Positions 48,440 to 60,962 of a stretch of 64,000 nt of DNA are shown one piece after another. This stretch comes from Cycas panzhihuaensis. Its lineage: Eukaryota > Plantae > Cycadophyta. The stretch's first letter is position 1, and every line of letters begins with the position of its first letter. Below the pieces are notes generated by a model. That model was not told the origin of the DNA. It saw only the letters and a program-made list of their open reading frames with translations, and did no database searches. Position numbers and translations under genes: made by a program. The stretch spans positions 156,123,741-156,187,740 of the forward strand of contig CM041465.1 in the NCBI GenBank assembly GCA_023213395.1, written 5' to 3'.

Positions 48440-51400
48440 ACTGGAATAGAACTCTAATCGTGATGGAGTTTAAGTCTACTGCCATTGACTAGTGTGGCCA
48501 GTATGTATCCATTTATCTCCCTTAATTGCACTGATCCATTGTTATAAACGTGCTCGACCTGATATGGACCCAACAATCATAGTTTCAATTTCCTGAGATG
48601 GTGCAAAATTTTCTATCATATAATAAAACTTGATCTCCCTCCTTAAATTGTGGTGCTTTCAGGTGGCAGTCATGCCACGCTTTTTGCCTTGTTTTCTCTA
48701 TTTCTTGCAACCATTCTGCCTTTTGCCAGTCCTCATCGAGTTGTATTAATTACCACAAATGTTCTCTTAAAGGATTATGTGTTTGTCTAATCGACAAGCC
48801 AGTGTTATTCTTAAACTCAAAATTTGGAATTCAATGGGCAATATGACCTTAATTCCATAGACTAATTTAAATGGTGTCTGTCATGTTGCTCGTTTATAAG
48901 TTGTGCGAAATTCCCATAGAACCGAAGGTAGCTTCTCTGCCCAGTCAGATCTCCCGATATAACATATTTTCCTTAAACAATTTTCTAGAATTTTATTGGA
49001 GCTTTCTACCTATCCATTTGCCCAAGGATAGTAGGGAGTAGATTTGTGATGAGAAATCAGAAAGGTTTTCGTGAATTCCTTGACTACCTTGTTTAAGAAG
49101 TGGGCTCCTTGATTGTTGACTAATTTGATAGGACACATGAATCTTGTTATAATGACCTCACATAAAAACTGGGTAGTGTTAACTATGTTTGCTTTGTATA
49201 AAGGTTGTGCTTCCACCCATTTAGTAGCATAATCTGTGGCAACTAAAATATATCTTGCTTGTGTTTGTCAGACTGTTGGTTTTATGGGGCCAATAAAATT
49301 TAGCCCTCACTTCTCAAAGGGTGCAAAGGGAAAGAAAGGATTTAGAGGATTACAATCCTTTGGTTTTGGTTTTCCAACTCTTTAACAACGATCACATTTC
49401 TTCACCCAACCTTTCACATCCTCGAACAAGGTCAGCCACCAAAATCTTGTTGTTAATATTTTCCTTTATGTATTTTTCATGCCTACATGCCCACTTGATA
49501 CTCATTTGTGGGCCTAAGACATCACTTGTTGCACTTCATGTGGTCGAATATAATGTCACAAAATGTCGTTGGGTCTATGTCAGTATAACTCTCTACCAAT
49601 CAATTGGTAGGGTTCTGCTTTTGTACTAAGTTTCTTTTTTGGGTTTTATCCATGTTTTGAGGGCATTGCCTTATTGCTAAAAACTCAATAATATCCTCAT
49701 ACCATTCAATAGGGACAACTTTGATGCTAAATAATGTTGCATCGGGAAAATCATCGTGCACTCCTATAGCTTTTTCTCCATTGTGAATTTTGGAAAGTTG
49801 GTCTGGAACTATGTGAGCTTTTCCAGGTTTACTGCAATTCGAAAGGCAAATTCTTGGAATAACATTAACCATCAACTGATATGGACTCTTAATAATGGCT
49901 TATTCACTAGATACATCAACGCTTGGTGATCCACATAAGATATGAAAGGATTGGACAGGAGATAGTGTCGGAACTTGCATAGGGAAAAAACCATCCCTAA
50001 TCCTTCCTCTTTTGTAGTTGTATAATTTTTCTTTGCTCAAGTTAGCTTTCGACTTGCAAAATATATGGGTTAGTCTATGTTGTTGTCTCTTGGTTGTGTG
50101 AGAATGCATCCGATGGCAAATTGTGAGGTGTTGACATGTATGTGGAACATCTTTCTCCAATCTGGAAATCATAGTATAAGCACTGAGGCTATTACTTGTT
50201 TTAGGGTTTCAAATGCCTTTTGTTGTTCTGGGTCCCATTCCCAATCTACTTCTTTTTTTAGTAGATACTCCAGGGGTCCCAATATCTGCATGTATCCTTT
50301 TACAAATTTGTGATAGCAACCTGTTAAACCCAAAAATCCCTTGACTTGTTTTCGGTTCTGAGGTTGTGGGTAATGTAGAATAGTGGCTACTTTTACAGGA
50401 TCTATTAACAACCCTTCTTTGTTGACCACATGTGCCAAAAGGTTTACAAAGGGTACTAAGAAGGTGCATTTTTCTGAATTCAAACATAACTTATTTTTGC
50501 GATACGTTTGCAACATGATTATGAGATTTTCTATATGGTTCTTCATTATTCCATATTGCATCCAATCATCTAGGAATACTACTACTGTTTCCACAACAAG
50601 TTTTTTAAAAATATTGATCACTATTCTCTGAAATGTTGTTGGCGCATTTGTCAATTTGAATGGCATCACTTGATAGGCATAGGTTCCCCATTCGGTTACA
50701 AAGTTCATATTGGATTGGTCTTCTGGTGCAATGCTCACTTGATTGTATCCATTGAACCTATCTGTGAATGAGTATAATTCTTTTCCTCCTACCATTTCCA
50801 GCATATCTTCTATGAAAGGAATCCGGAATGGATCTTTTTTTGTGGCTTTGTTTAGTTGTTGATAATCTATGCATCCTTAGATTTTTCCATTTTTCTTTAG
50901 GAGTACCACTACTAGGCTTACCCAATCACTGCATTATATCTCATAGATGTATCCTACATCGAGCATTTTATCTAGTTCAGCCTTGACTTTTTCTTTATAT
51001 TGGGCTTTCATTCTGTACAACCTCTATTTTATTGGTTTGGCCTCGTCTATTAAATCGATGTGGTGTACCCCTATTTCTAGAGGAATACCTATAAGGTCTT
51101 TGGATGACCATGCAAATACGTCTTTAAATTCCTCAAAGAGGGCTTGTGCTTTAGCTACTTCTTTCATCCAAATAATCTCCAATTATGATATTTTTTGGTT
51201 ATGTTTCTGTTTCAAGATTAATTTTGGTTGTTTTTGGCTTTCCTTGTTGTGTTCGATTATTGTCTCCTAATTATGGGCAAGGATTTCCTCTATATCCTGT
51301 TGTTCATAATGTAGCTTCGCATATTCTAGAGGAAAATTATAAACTTCTTTTCGCCCCTCCTCCTCATTTCCATTGTCCTTTGTATCTAAAATGTTTTCAA

Positions 51401-54400
51401 CTAACATAAGATTATGTTCTATGTTCATACTTATTTCACTCATGCTTCATAATACTTTATGTTTTACTTTATTATCTGAAGAATAGGGGAATGGCTTAAT
51501 AAATGAATGTTCTAATTTATCCCAACTTACTTCCCTAATCTGCTCATGTTTCAGGAACCACTTTTTAGCCAATGTTCCTAATGTATGAACAAACAATGAC
51601 TCCAATGGGATTTGGGAATGCTCCAATATTTTCAAACCCGTTTACACCTAGTCAAATGTTGGGTGGGACATTCTCCTATAAGAAATCCTAAAATCAATAT
51701 CCCCTGGGGTTGATCAAATCTCAATTGAAATGTTGGTTGAAGATCATTCCAAGTTCGAAGGATGTGATCATGGGTTATGTACTGCCACCAGGCTTGGTTA
51801 CACAATGTAAGGAAAAAATCTAGAACCCATTGTATTTTGTCAAAAATCTAAAATTTTAACCAATATTCCATATAATGAATAAGATGGTTGGTACCATCTA
51901 ACTTGTCCCCTAGAAATGTAGGCATATTCTTTTGCAATTTCATCCTATCTTCCGGTATAAGATTTAGCGAATAGGGTTTTTCTAAGTTTGTTTGGGATAA
52001 TACCGTGTCTATTTCTTTAAGAATTTCTTCTACCTCTTTGTTGCTTGGTGGGTTAACTAGAAGAGAAATTGGTGAATCAATATCTTTAGAAGAAGTTGGG
52101 GTAGGGGCTTCTACCTTGGTTGTTGGTTCCAAGGCAAGAGCAGGGGTGGGGATGTTCTCGTGGTCAGAGGGGAGATTAGCTAGATCTTCCAAATCAACCT
52201 TGAGTGGTGTGGGGTTGGAAAGGGGGTAGGGGTGGGAAATAGTATAGGGAAAGGGATTGGGAAATAGGATGTTTTTCATAATTTTTACATGCACTTTTTC
52301 ATCTACCTCTAATTTTACTTTTACTAAACATTCATTCCCTAGAGTCTCTTTGCTATGAATAGGACCCATATATTGTAAATTATTGTTTATTTTATTATTA
52401 GTTGACTAACATATAGATAACAAATTACAACAGTACGAGGGAGGTTGTACCTCATATCAATTATTCATCTAGTAGTCAATCATGTTCATTGTGCCTCCTT
52501 TATCTGATGAGCTCTCTAATGGTAGTTCTTCATAGTGGTTTGGCTCACATTCCCGTGAGTTATTCATATTCTCATTTTCCTCTATTGTATGATATAGATT
52601 AGCCTTGTCAAATATTGAGGACATTTTGCGATGGCTATTGTCGTGTTGGTCGCATCGTCTAGAACTACTTCTACAATTTATTTCCCTTTTGTCAACATCG
52701 AAAGAACTATCTTGTTACCTCCATCTATTCAGGTAAAAGTTACATCTTGCTAGCTTTGCAAACAGTCGGTGTGATATAACCACGATCTACTAAGTAGGGC
52801 TGGATACATTACCATATTCTTCACTATATCCACAATGGGAAAGTCCATTGGTACTACAATTCTTGCCACATTCACTTGAATATTTTCCAATTGACCCATA
52901 GGTTTTACTAGTAGCTCATTTGCTAGTTTTAACGAATAATTTGTGGGTGTCAATTGAGGACTTCCTAGTTTTTTCCCAATTTGTGTTGCCAATACATTCA
53001 CCGTAGCTCCTCCATCAACAATAATGTTTTGTAATGTTACTCCTAAGATACTCATATTAACCGAAGGATCTAGGTTGCATGAAGGTTTGACCTTGTTCAA
53101 ATTTTGTGTCGCTTCCATTAAATGAATTACTCCTCCTTTGATCCATTCTATCACATTTTCTAATGGAATAATTAGAGTTGTTTCACTAAGTCTTCCATTA
53201 GTACAAGTTTTTGTAGGAATTCTTCTAGGTTAGGAGTTGATTCACATAGATTGTTTTCTAGAGTTTTGTTAGATGATTGCACTTCTGCCACTTTGTTTTT
53301 CCTGCAATATACTTGTTTAATCTTCAGTTTTCCTAATGGCAGAGTTTTGGTTGCTTGTTCCCTGGCAGCATCTTCTAAAGCCTCTTTGGTAGCAACAAAC
53401 CACTCGATTTCCACTTTCAAGTTAAGATGATCATTTTATAGGTTCACATTTTTGAAGGAATTTGGTATAACTGTAACTCCATTAGAGTTTTACCTTTGCC
53501 CTTACATTCCTCTATTGTGTGAGTACTTGGTCTACAGTTTTTGCAGAGGTATGGGCATTCTTTTTGTGTTTTTGCCACTGGGTAGTCAAATTTCCAATGC
53601 GCATATTCTAGACACACCAAGCATCTTCCCAACGGAGGTTTTTTCTTTGAACTTTCAGGCTATGTGCGAGTAGTATAGATCGTTCTTGTGGTAGGCTTAC
53701 TTCTTCCCCATCCTCTTTCCCTTGAGCTTGTGCCTCTAGTGTTGCAATAACATTCTCTGGTATTGTGGGCATTCTGATCACAAATATGGAACCATCTATT
53801 TTGTTTCCTTATACTTACATTACACTCACATTCTTTGGTAGAGTGTGTATTTCCGTCACAAATGTGGGACCATTTTTCAATTAAGGCCTCCTTTATTTGA
53901 TGCTTGATTGATTGTTCCTCAATATGTTCATGAGTTTTCTACTCCTATAGCTTCAACCTTGCAACTTCTTTCCTTAAAGCTTCCACTTCTGAATTTTCCC
54001 TTGATTTTGTTACTTGGAAGAGGGGTCTATTAAAGCTCTAGCTTTTCAATTCATTTATCTCTTCTTGAAGTCTGATGACAAGGGGATCATATGCTATCCT
54101 CTTAGTATTGATTTCTTTTTCAAAGTCCAATGCTAGTTCTTGGGCATGTCTGTATGACTTTAATGGATGTAAGGCCATCACATTTCTCAATTTAGTATTT
54201 AACCCACTTACAAGAGAGGTCCTCATGCTTAGATCCATGATCTTTTCCGCTTTTGTCATTACAAATGCTATCATATTAATTTTTCTTATGTATCTTAGTA
54301 CTGATTCTCCCTACTTCTGTTGGATCTCTCTTAGGGTTAACTCTATTATGCCATTATTTCGATACTTTAAGAATCTTTCTTCAAATTCTTTCTTTGTCTC

Positions 54401-55191
54401 ATTCGATGGCTTCAGTGGATCCAATTGTTTGTACCAAGTTAGTAGTACACCCCTCAATGAATAGGCGAATCTTTCTTTGATCTCTGTCTCATCAATAATT
54501 TTCTCGAGGTTTATCAATCTTTGGAAATGATATATATGTTCTGTTGTGTTTGTAGTATCATTGAAAATGAGTTTTCCAAGTTCTTTATGATGTGCCAATT
54601 TGAAACTACTTACTTGCTTCCCCTTTTGTGGTGGGGTTATCTCTTTTTCCTTTCAAATTTTCTTGTATGGTCCCCTCAATGGTGTCTCTTCTCCATTGTT
54701 CTCTCCTCCAAACAGGGGATTCTGAATTGGTGTTTTCAATTGCATAATTCTCAGGATTTCTAGTATCTCTATTGCTACTAGAGTTATTACCAAGAATGAC
54801 TAATCCGAACTTCTCCCTGTTGGATCCTCAAATAAATGTCTTATGAGATGATTCTCCTAATATGCCTGGGGACCTTCCTCTGCCTTCTCTTCATTGTCAC
54901 TTAGATCCTTCAAAGTAGAGTCTATACTTGATTCTTCTTTGGGGGTTTTTATTTCTTTTTCCTTTATTAATATTCTCTTCTCTTCCTTCTTCAATTTCTT
55001 CTTCTGTGTCAAAATTGTAACACTTCTCTAAAATAGGTGTGATTGTCATTGGCTCCCCTTGGCCTTCATTTTTTATATTTCATGGTGTCTGGGCACCACT
55101 TGCCTCAGATACTTGCAATTCTTCTATTTGATCTTCCCTTTTTCTCAAATTCAATCTCCTTGCCCTCTTTTATTTTTTCTCTGTTGACCAT
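48440..55191 (-). pseudogene. Gypsy F gag-pol
   Basis: FAYSLRGVLLTWY gag; IVDGGATVNVL protease; VFLDDW RT; NQGAHF integrase. Confidence 0.92.
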
Positions 55192-56806
55192 CTTAAAGGT
55201 CTTTGTTTACTTGACTTTGTTATCCCCTTAGGTTTTGTTTGTGACTCCTCTGCCTTCGAAGGCCATTTAGGTGGCACTGGAAGGTCCCCTTGGCTATCGA
55301 GGCTTAGTTAGAGCCTACCATCTCTACGATAGCCAGGGTGACTTGCTCTTTATACATAGAAGATTTTGGCTTCTTTTCCCTCCACTAGTGGACTTAGGCA
55401 ACAAAACCAATGTTGACTTCTTGCTGCCCTTATGAGATATTCACTTGTCAAGGGTTTCCATTGTAGTCTAAGTTGGGCTTATGGTCAACATACCAGTTAG
55501 TGTATTATGCTATGCCTTATAAGTCCACAATATAAAAAACAATCACAATATATTATCATGCATTCATAATCACATCGGTAAAAACACATAGAAGACATAA
55601 GTTCCTTGTAACTCTGGTATTTCATTAAATAAAATCACTATTTACATGGCATTTTATCATATAATATTATCCATACATTACTTGGTTGGTTATTCCTACT
55701 AGACCAAATCCCAATAGATCACTGAACCCAGATCTCACATCAATTTGGTCATATGAACAAGTTTAAATAGGTCATGCGTGCTTGTTGGGAAATGGTTATG
55801 ACTAGGAGTCACAATCGTCCATTTTTCGTAATGCATATCTCTTCATAACTAACCCTAGGTTAACCATTGTGTTTACTAAACATTCCACACATGCGTTCAT
55901 ACGATCTCATCCACATGGCTTGCTTCTACCTTGAACATTCCGCATTCATTCCCTATGTGTTCCTTGACTATGTTGTATGCGTTATGTGCTTGCAGTGCAT
56001 TCCTGTGATAGAATGCATAGTGTTTTGTGCTCACAGTTCGTTGGTTCTTGTTTGTTCCTCTTGTTGAACATCTGCTAGATGGTTTTCCTGCATTTATTAA
56101 TCATAGCAAACCTTAGCTATCATACGTTCCTATCTTCATGTGCATAAGTATCAATTTTGATCCTAACACCAGGGGCCTGACACATAAAAGGGGTTGGACC
56201 TCAACCTTAAATTAAAAACATTGTAATGCAATGAACAACAATACAGAGGCCAAAAATAAATTTATCCTAAGTATTTACTAGCAAACTTTGTCTCTATGTG
56301 GCGCCCGCATTGATCAATTTCTCAAATGAATACAAATTGATCTCCTTTGTTACATCACAATCGATTGATCTCCTCTTCATTATTCATCCAAGCAATTTTG
56401 CTTCATTCAACTGCGTTCCAGCATTGCCTACATCGAGCTTGCAAAATCATTTGTACCAAATGAGGGCATCATTTCTTTTGGTCTGAAGCCTCTCAACGAT
56501 CAGTATTGGTGCCTCTTGTTTTGGTCTTTTTGTCCATCGTGTGCTTTCTATTGTATTGAGTTGGTTCTGTTCTTTGCTATTAACAACAAGGGTTAATTGA
56601 TCTGCACCATAAAATTTTCACTTCCTTAAAGCTTTTTAGTGTTAGCATTTACAATTGATTGAGCCATGATATATGTTATACTTGGTCAATTATTTAGCAA
56701 AAGGTGATATGCAAGGATGTACTTTGTTTTTCTTAGAATCCTCAGCTCTAATAACACCCTTTGGAGGACTAAATGTTATGCATTAGTTGTATGGTCGATT
56801 AGTCCC

Positions 56807-59141
56807 TGTGTGCTCTTCCTTTGTCAGAAATAGAACTTGAACAAAAAGGTAACACACAAGAGAATTAACAATTATATTATTAACATGAAAGCACATCTGC
56901 AATCACTATATATTGTATTGTAAATCAATATTGGGTCATTACACTAATTTTGATGTGTGTTTGGATCACACTTCAACCATACTAAACATATGACTCACTC
57001 ATGACTAGATAGAAAAAATATTTGGTGTTTGGCTGACCAGGCCTGGCCTAAAATAATATTATTCAACTTAGCCATATACAATAAAATGCCAAGTCATATC
57101 CCAATAGATGCCTAAAAAAGGAAAAGCATAAGTATGTCCTATTGATCAAATCATACTTAAATCACTTCCTAGGCTACCATCAATCCATTGTCTAGTCCTA
57201 ATTTATGATTCTTTAAGACCAACCTTATTAAAAGAACTGAAATAATTGAGGCATCTAGAAAGTTTCATGTATTTTTGGTAAGCAAATTGAAATTCCAACA
57301 TTGTCTATTGAAATTCTGCTACAGTTCCAAGCACTATCTACTGAATATTATTTGTTGAAATCTGCTATAGTTCCAAGCATTATCTGCTAAAATTCTGCTA
57401 AATATTTTCTGCTAAAATCTGCTACAGTTCCAAGTATTATCTATTGAAATTCTGTTGGATATTTTCTACTAAAATTTGCTACAGTTCCAAGCATTATCTG
57501 ATGTAAATCTATTAATATTTTTTGCTAAAATCTGCTACAGTTCCAAGCATTATCTACTATAAATCTATTAATATTTTCTACTGAAATCTGCTACAATTCC
57601 AAGCATTATCTGTTGTAAATCTGTCAATATTTTCTGTTGAACTCTGCTACAATTCTAAATATTATTTGCTGGAATTCCAAGTCTTGTCTACAACTCTCTT
57701 ATCTCCTGGACTACTTCTAGCTCATCATATTTGGGCTCTTCCTTGACATGTTCCTCTTTGGTGGGTTCCTCAATGGTATCTTTGAAGTCTTTATCTTTAA
57801 TGTCAATAGGTTCTCTTGAGGATTCCTTCTTTCACCCACTTTTGTAGCCTTAGACTGAACTTCCATCTTTTCATCTTTATTCACAATTGCCTCAACGATC
57901 TTTGTCTCAACAACTTTCTTGATGTGGACAATGCAATCTTAGGGGGCTATGCTACAGATTTACCCAAAACATAAGTAGGTGCAATTGGGAGAACCAAATG
58001 TATGGCTATAAAGAAATTAGAAGCTAAACTAGGAGAAGGCAAATTACATCTGTTAATCTTGTCTTAAAGCCTCTTCTCAGATTCAACGTAGATAAAGTAA
58101 ATCTTCTGGACTTTCAAAGGCTAAGTCTGCTCAAGAAGGGCCTTCTTGAAACTAATAGTCTCTTCCAACAGAGATTCTTTGCCGCTCTAGATCATCGGGC
58201 TACCAAATCATATCTTCAATGAAAAAGAAGAGTCACTATGAAATCCTCCTTGATTTGCTTTACTTGTAGCCTCCTAAAAATGGTATACATGCCATCTAAT
58301 TGCTTGAAAAACCTTATTGAGGAGCAAGACAATTCTACTAAAGACATACCTGGTCTCCTGTATAAATGACAGTTTTTATTTTGTTTTTTCTTCCAAGGAT
58401 GCATGCCTTCATGCCTCACCGTTTGCCTAATCCTTACTCGTTGATGTGCTGCTGTTGTCACCCATCCATATCAAAGAGTGGCAGAAATGAAAATATGAAA
58501 ATGATCCCAATGATTCGAACCACTGCAATGGTGCCAAAATGTGTGCTTGAAGACGACAATGCCAAAATGTGTGCTCTTCCTTTGTCACAAACATAACTCG
58601 AACAAGAAGGGAACACACAGGAGAATTAACAATTATATTACAAGGACAACATGCTTATATTACCAACATGGAAGTACAAATACAATGTACACAATAGATT
58701 CAGGCAAATCTGACTTTATTACCAAGAAGGGGACTGCATCAACCTGAGAAGGGTTAGGCACATGCCCAAACTACAATAATTGAAGAACCCTCAATCCAAT
58801 ATGCAGTGAGAGATACAATGGAAGAAGAGAGGGAAAGCCAAATGCACTCTCATGTCATCTCCCCACCATATGTATCCAATGTTCTTTTATAGTCTTTTCC
58901 CCTAACCATTTCCCAACTAACTTCCAGCTAATTCCCAACTAACTCCCAACTAACTTCCAACTAACAATTTATTAACGATAATTACATCAACTATTATAAT
59001 TACGATCTAAGGTCTTGGTCGTACTCTAATTGCGACCCGGTCGCACCTCTGGTTGCATTTGGTCACACCTTGTCGCACTTAGTATGACCAACTTCTACCA
59101 AAATTCCTTTCAAAATTATGTGTTTCTTTACCCCGCACACA
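56807..59141 (-). mobile_element. Internally deleted Athila-like LTR element G
   Basis: LTR ends TGTGTGCTCTTCCTTTGTCA at 56807 and 58568; GCACACA terminus at 59141; near-TSD GTCCC/ATCCC; PBS TGGCACCATTGC at 58525-58536 resembles the tRNA-Asp PBS after CpG decay. Confidence 0.7.
57290..57680. repeat. Tandem array of about 7 units, mostly 56-57 bp
   Basis: CTGCTACAGTTCCAAGCATTATCT-like core at 57316, 57362, 57419, 57476, 57532, 57588 and 57644. Confidence 0.9.
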
Positions 59142-60055
59142 ATCCCCTAGGGAATGCACCAAGCTTAAGACAAGTACATTTTAGGTTTTTTATTTAGAAA
59201 ATATAGAATTAAACATTTTAATGCTATTTAAAGCTTATTAATGCTTTGATCTTTTTAATTCTTCACCAATTATTATTTTTGCTTGTAAGATAAAGCAAAA
59301 AATTACAATGATGCTTACTTATAAGCAATTAGATTACAATGTTGCAACTTGAGTACTGAGATTCAATGAGTGCTTTGTGCTCTTCCTTCCTTAGTGCAAA
59401 ATAGTAACTAGAACCAGTGCTTAAGAGAAGCTATTTTAATGAGACAATCTTCGATGAAAAAGAGGACACATAGGACCAAAAAAAGCACCCCCACACAATA
59501 AAAATTATTTTTATTAATGTGTTGTCAAAACTCCTTCATGCTTAGAAAACATTGTTTTAGTACTAGAGAAAATAAAAATATTAGGTGTGTGTGAGATACA
59601 CTACACCGAATTACAAATTTGATTAACAAAGTGAAGAGAGCATAAAAAATTGCTATATGAAAGTCATCTTTAATTTACAGGAAAAAAAAAACTTTTAGGG
59701 CTTGAAAAATCACTTAGCCCCCCCTTGGTCGATATGACCGTCAACATGAAAAAAGGGCTAAAAAATTAGCTCCTTTTAGATCTCAAAATAAAATGTAGAG
59801 AAAGTTAATGGCTTTATCCTAAGCTAATAGACTTAGGGAAATTTTGAAAAACTTTTTAAAGTTTTACCACCTGCATCAATTTGCAATTTACCAATCAATG
59901 TTCTTTGATTTTCTCATTGATTGATGAGTGAGGGTAGTCAGCAACAAGGCCACAATAGCACATGATGCACCGCGTAAAGTTTGTATGTAGCCACAGCGTA
60001 TTTCATATGAATTTACAATTGAAAAGGAACCAAACATTAACATATAGACGATAGA

Positions 60056-60962
60056 TATTAGGTAGAATTAGTCTACCATTAACCGTTTCCATTCATTAAG
60101 AATAAATCTCCCTCTTATTACAATGCATACAATACAACCTTTAATATACGCACGACATTATTATTGGTCCAAAATAGGACTCATAACTACCTTAAGACAT
60201 GTCATAGGTCTATTGAGGACTTTCATAACTCTCATGACATTTGTCATCAACCTTGACGACTCACCACTAACTTGTCCACATATGAACAGTAATTCTAACA
60301 CTTCCCCTTAATGTTCATATCATTGGCTTTAACACTGATACAAAATCTGAATTTATCAAACTTATCCTTGGATAGAGATTTGGTGAAAATATCAATAATA
60401 TGCTCCTCTGTTGGTTTGTATAGAAGCTTGACCTCTCTATTCTGGATCTGCTCCCTAATGAAGTGATGATGCATCTCGATGTGTTTGGTGCGAGCATGGA
60501 ATATTAGATTCTTAGAAATCTTTAAGGTACTTTGATTCTCACAGCACAGTGTAGTTGCCTTTTCTTGATGTAATCCCAAGTCACCAAGCACTTGCCTCAA
60601 CCAAATGGCTTCACAAGTGGTTGTAACAATAACTTTATATTTAGCTTTAGTAGATGATAAAGCAACATTATAGATTATTTCTTATTGCTCCAAGTGACAA
60701 CAATAGAACCCATACTAAAGCAATAACCTGAAGTGGACCTTATGCTATCCTCACATCCAAACCAATCATAATCTGAATACGCGGTTAGCCTGAAATTATC
60801 ATTCTAGCTAAACTTTAATCTAAATTGCAATGTCCCTTGCAAATATTTCAAGATCCTCTTTGCAGCTTTCCAATGGCTTTGATTTGGTTCAGCCATAAAT
60901 CTCAACACCATACCAACTATAAAGGAAACATCAAGCCTAGTAGTAGTCAAATAGATCAAACT
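60056..60962 (-). mobile_element. Copia H 3' end (RT C-terminus/RNase H, PPT 60301-60310, 3' LTR ending at 60300), interrupted by copia I
   Basis: SLIYLTTTRLD, WKAAKRILKYL, HARTKHIE, DIFTKSL; CTAACA|CTTCCCCTT; left LTR boundary approximate. Confidence 0.85.

Larger units (their letters stand above)
46429..56168 (-). mobile_element. Gypsy F, an older copy of the same family as C
   Basis: 5' LTR about 55411-56168 and partial 3' LTR 46429-47007 (colinear, strongly diverged); PBS-like TGGTTTTGTTGCC at 55397-55409; all domains colinear with C. Confidence 0.9.

Noticed and set aside
57290-57680. CRISPR array or coding repeat
   Set aside because: No unique spacers; unit lengths of 46, 56 and 57 bp break the frame; eukaryotic TE context
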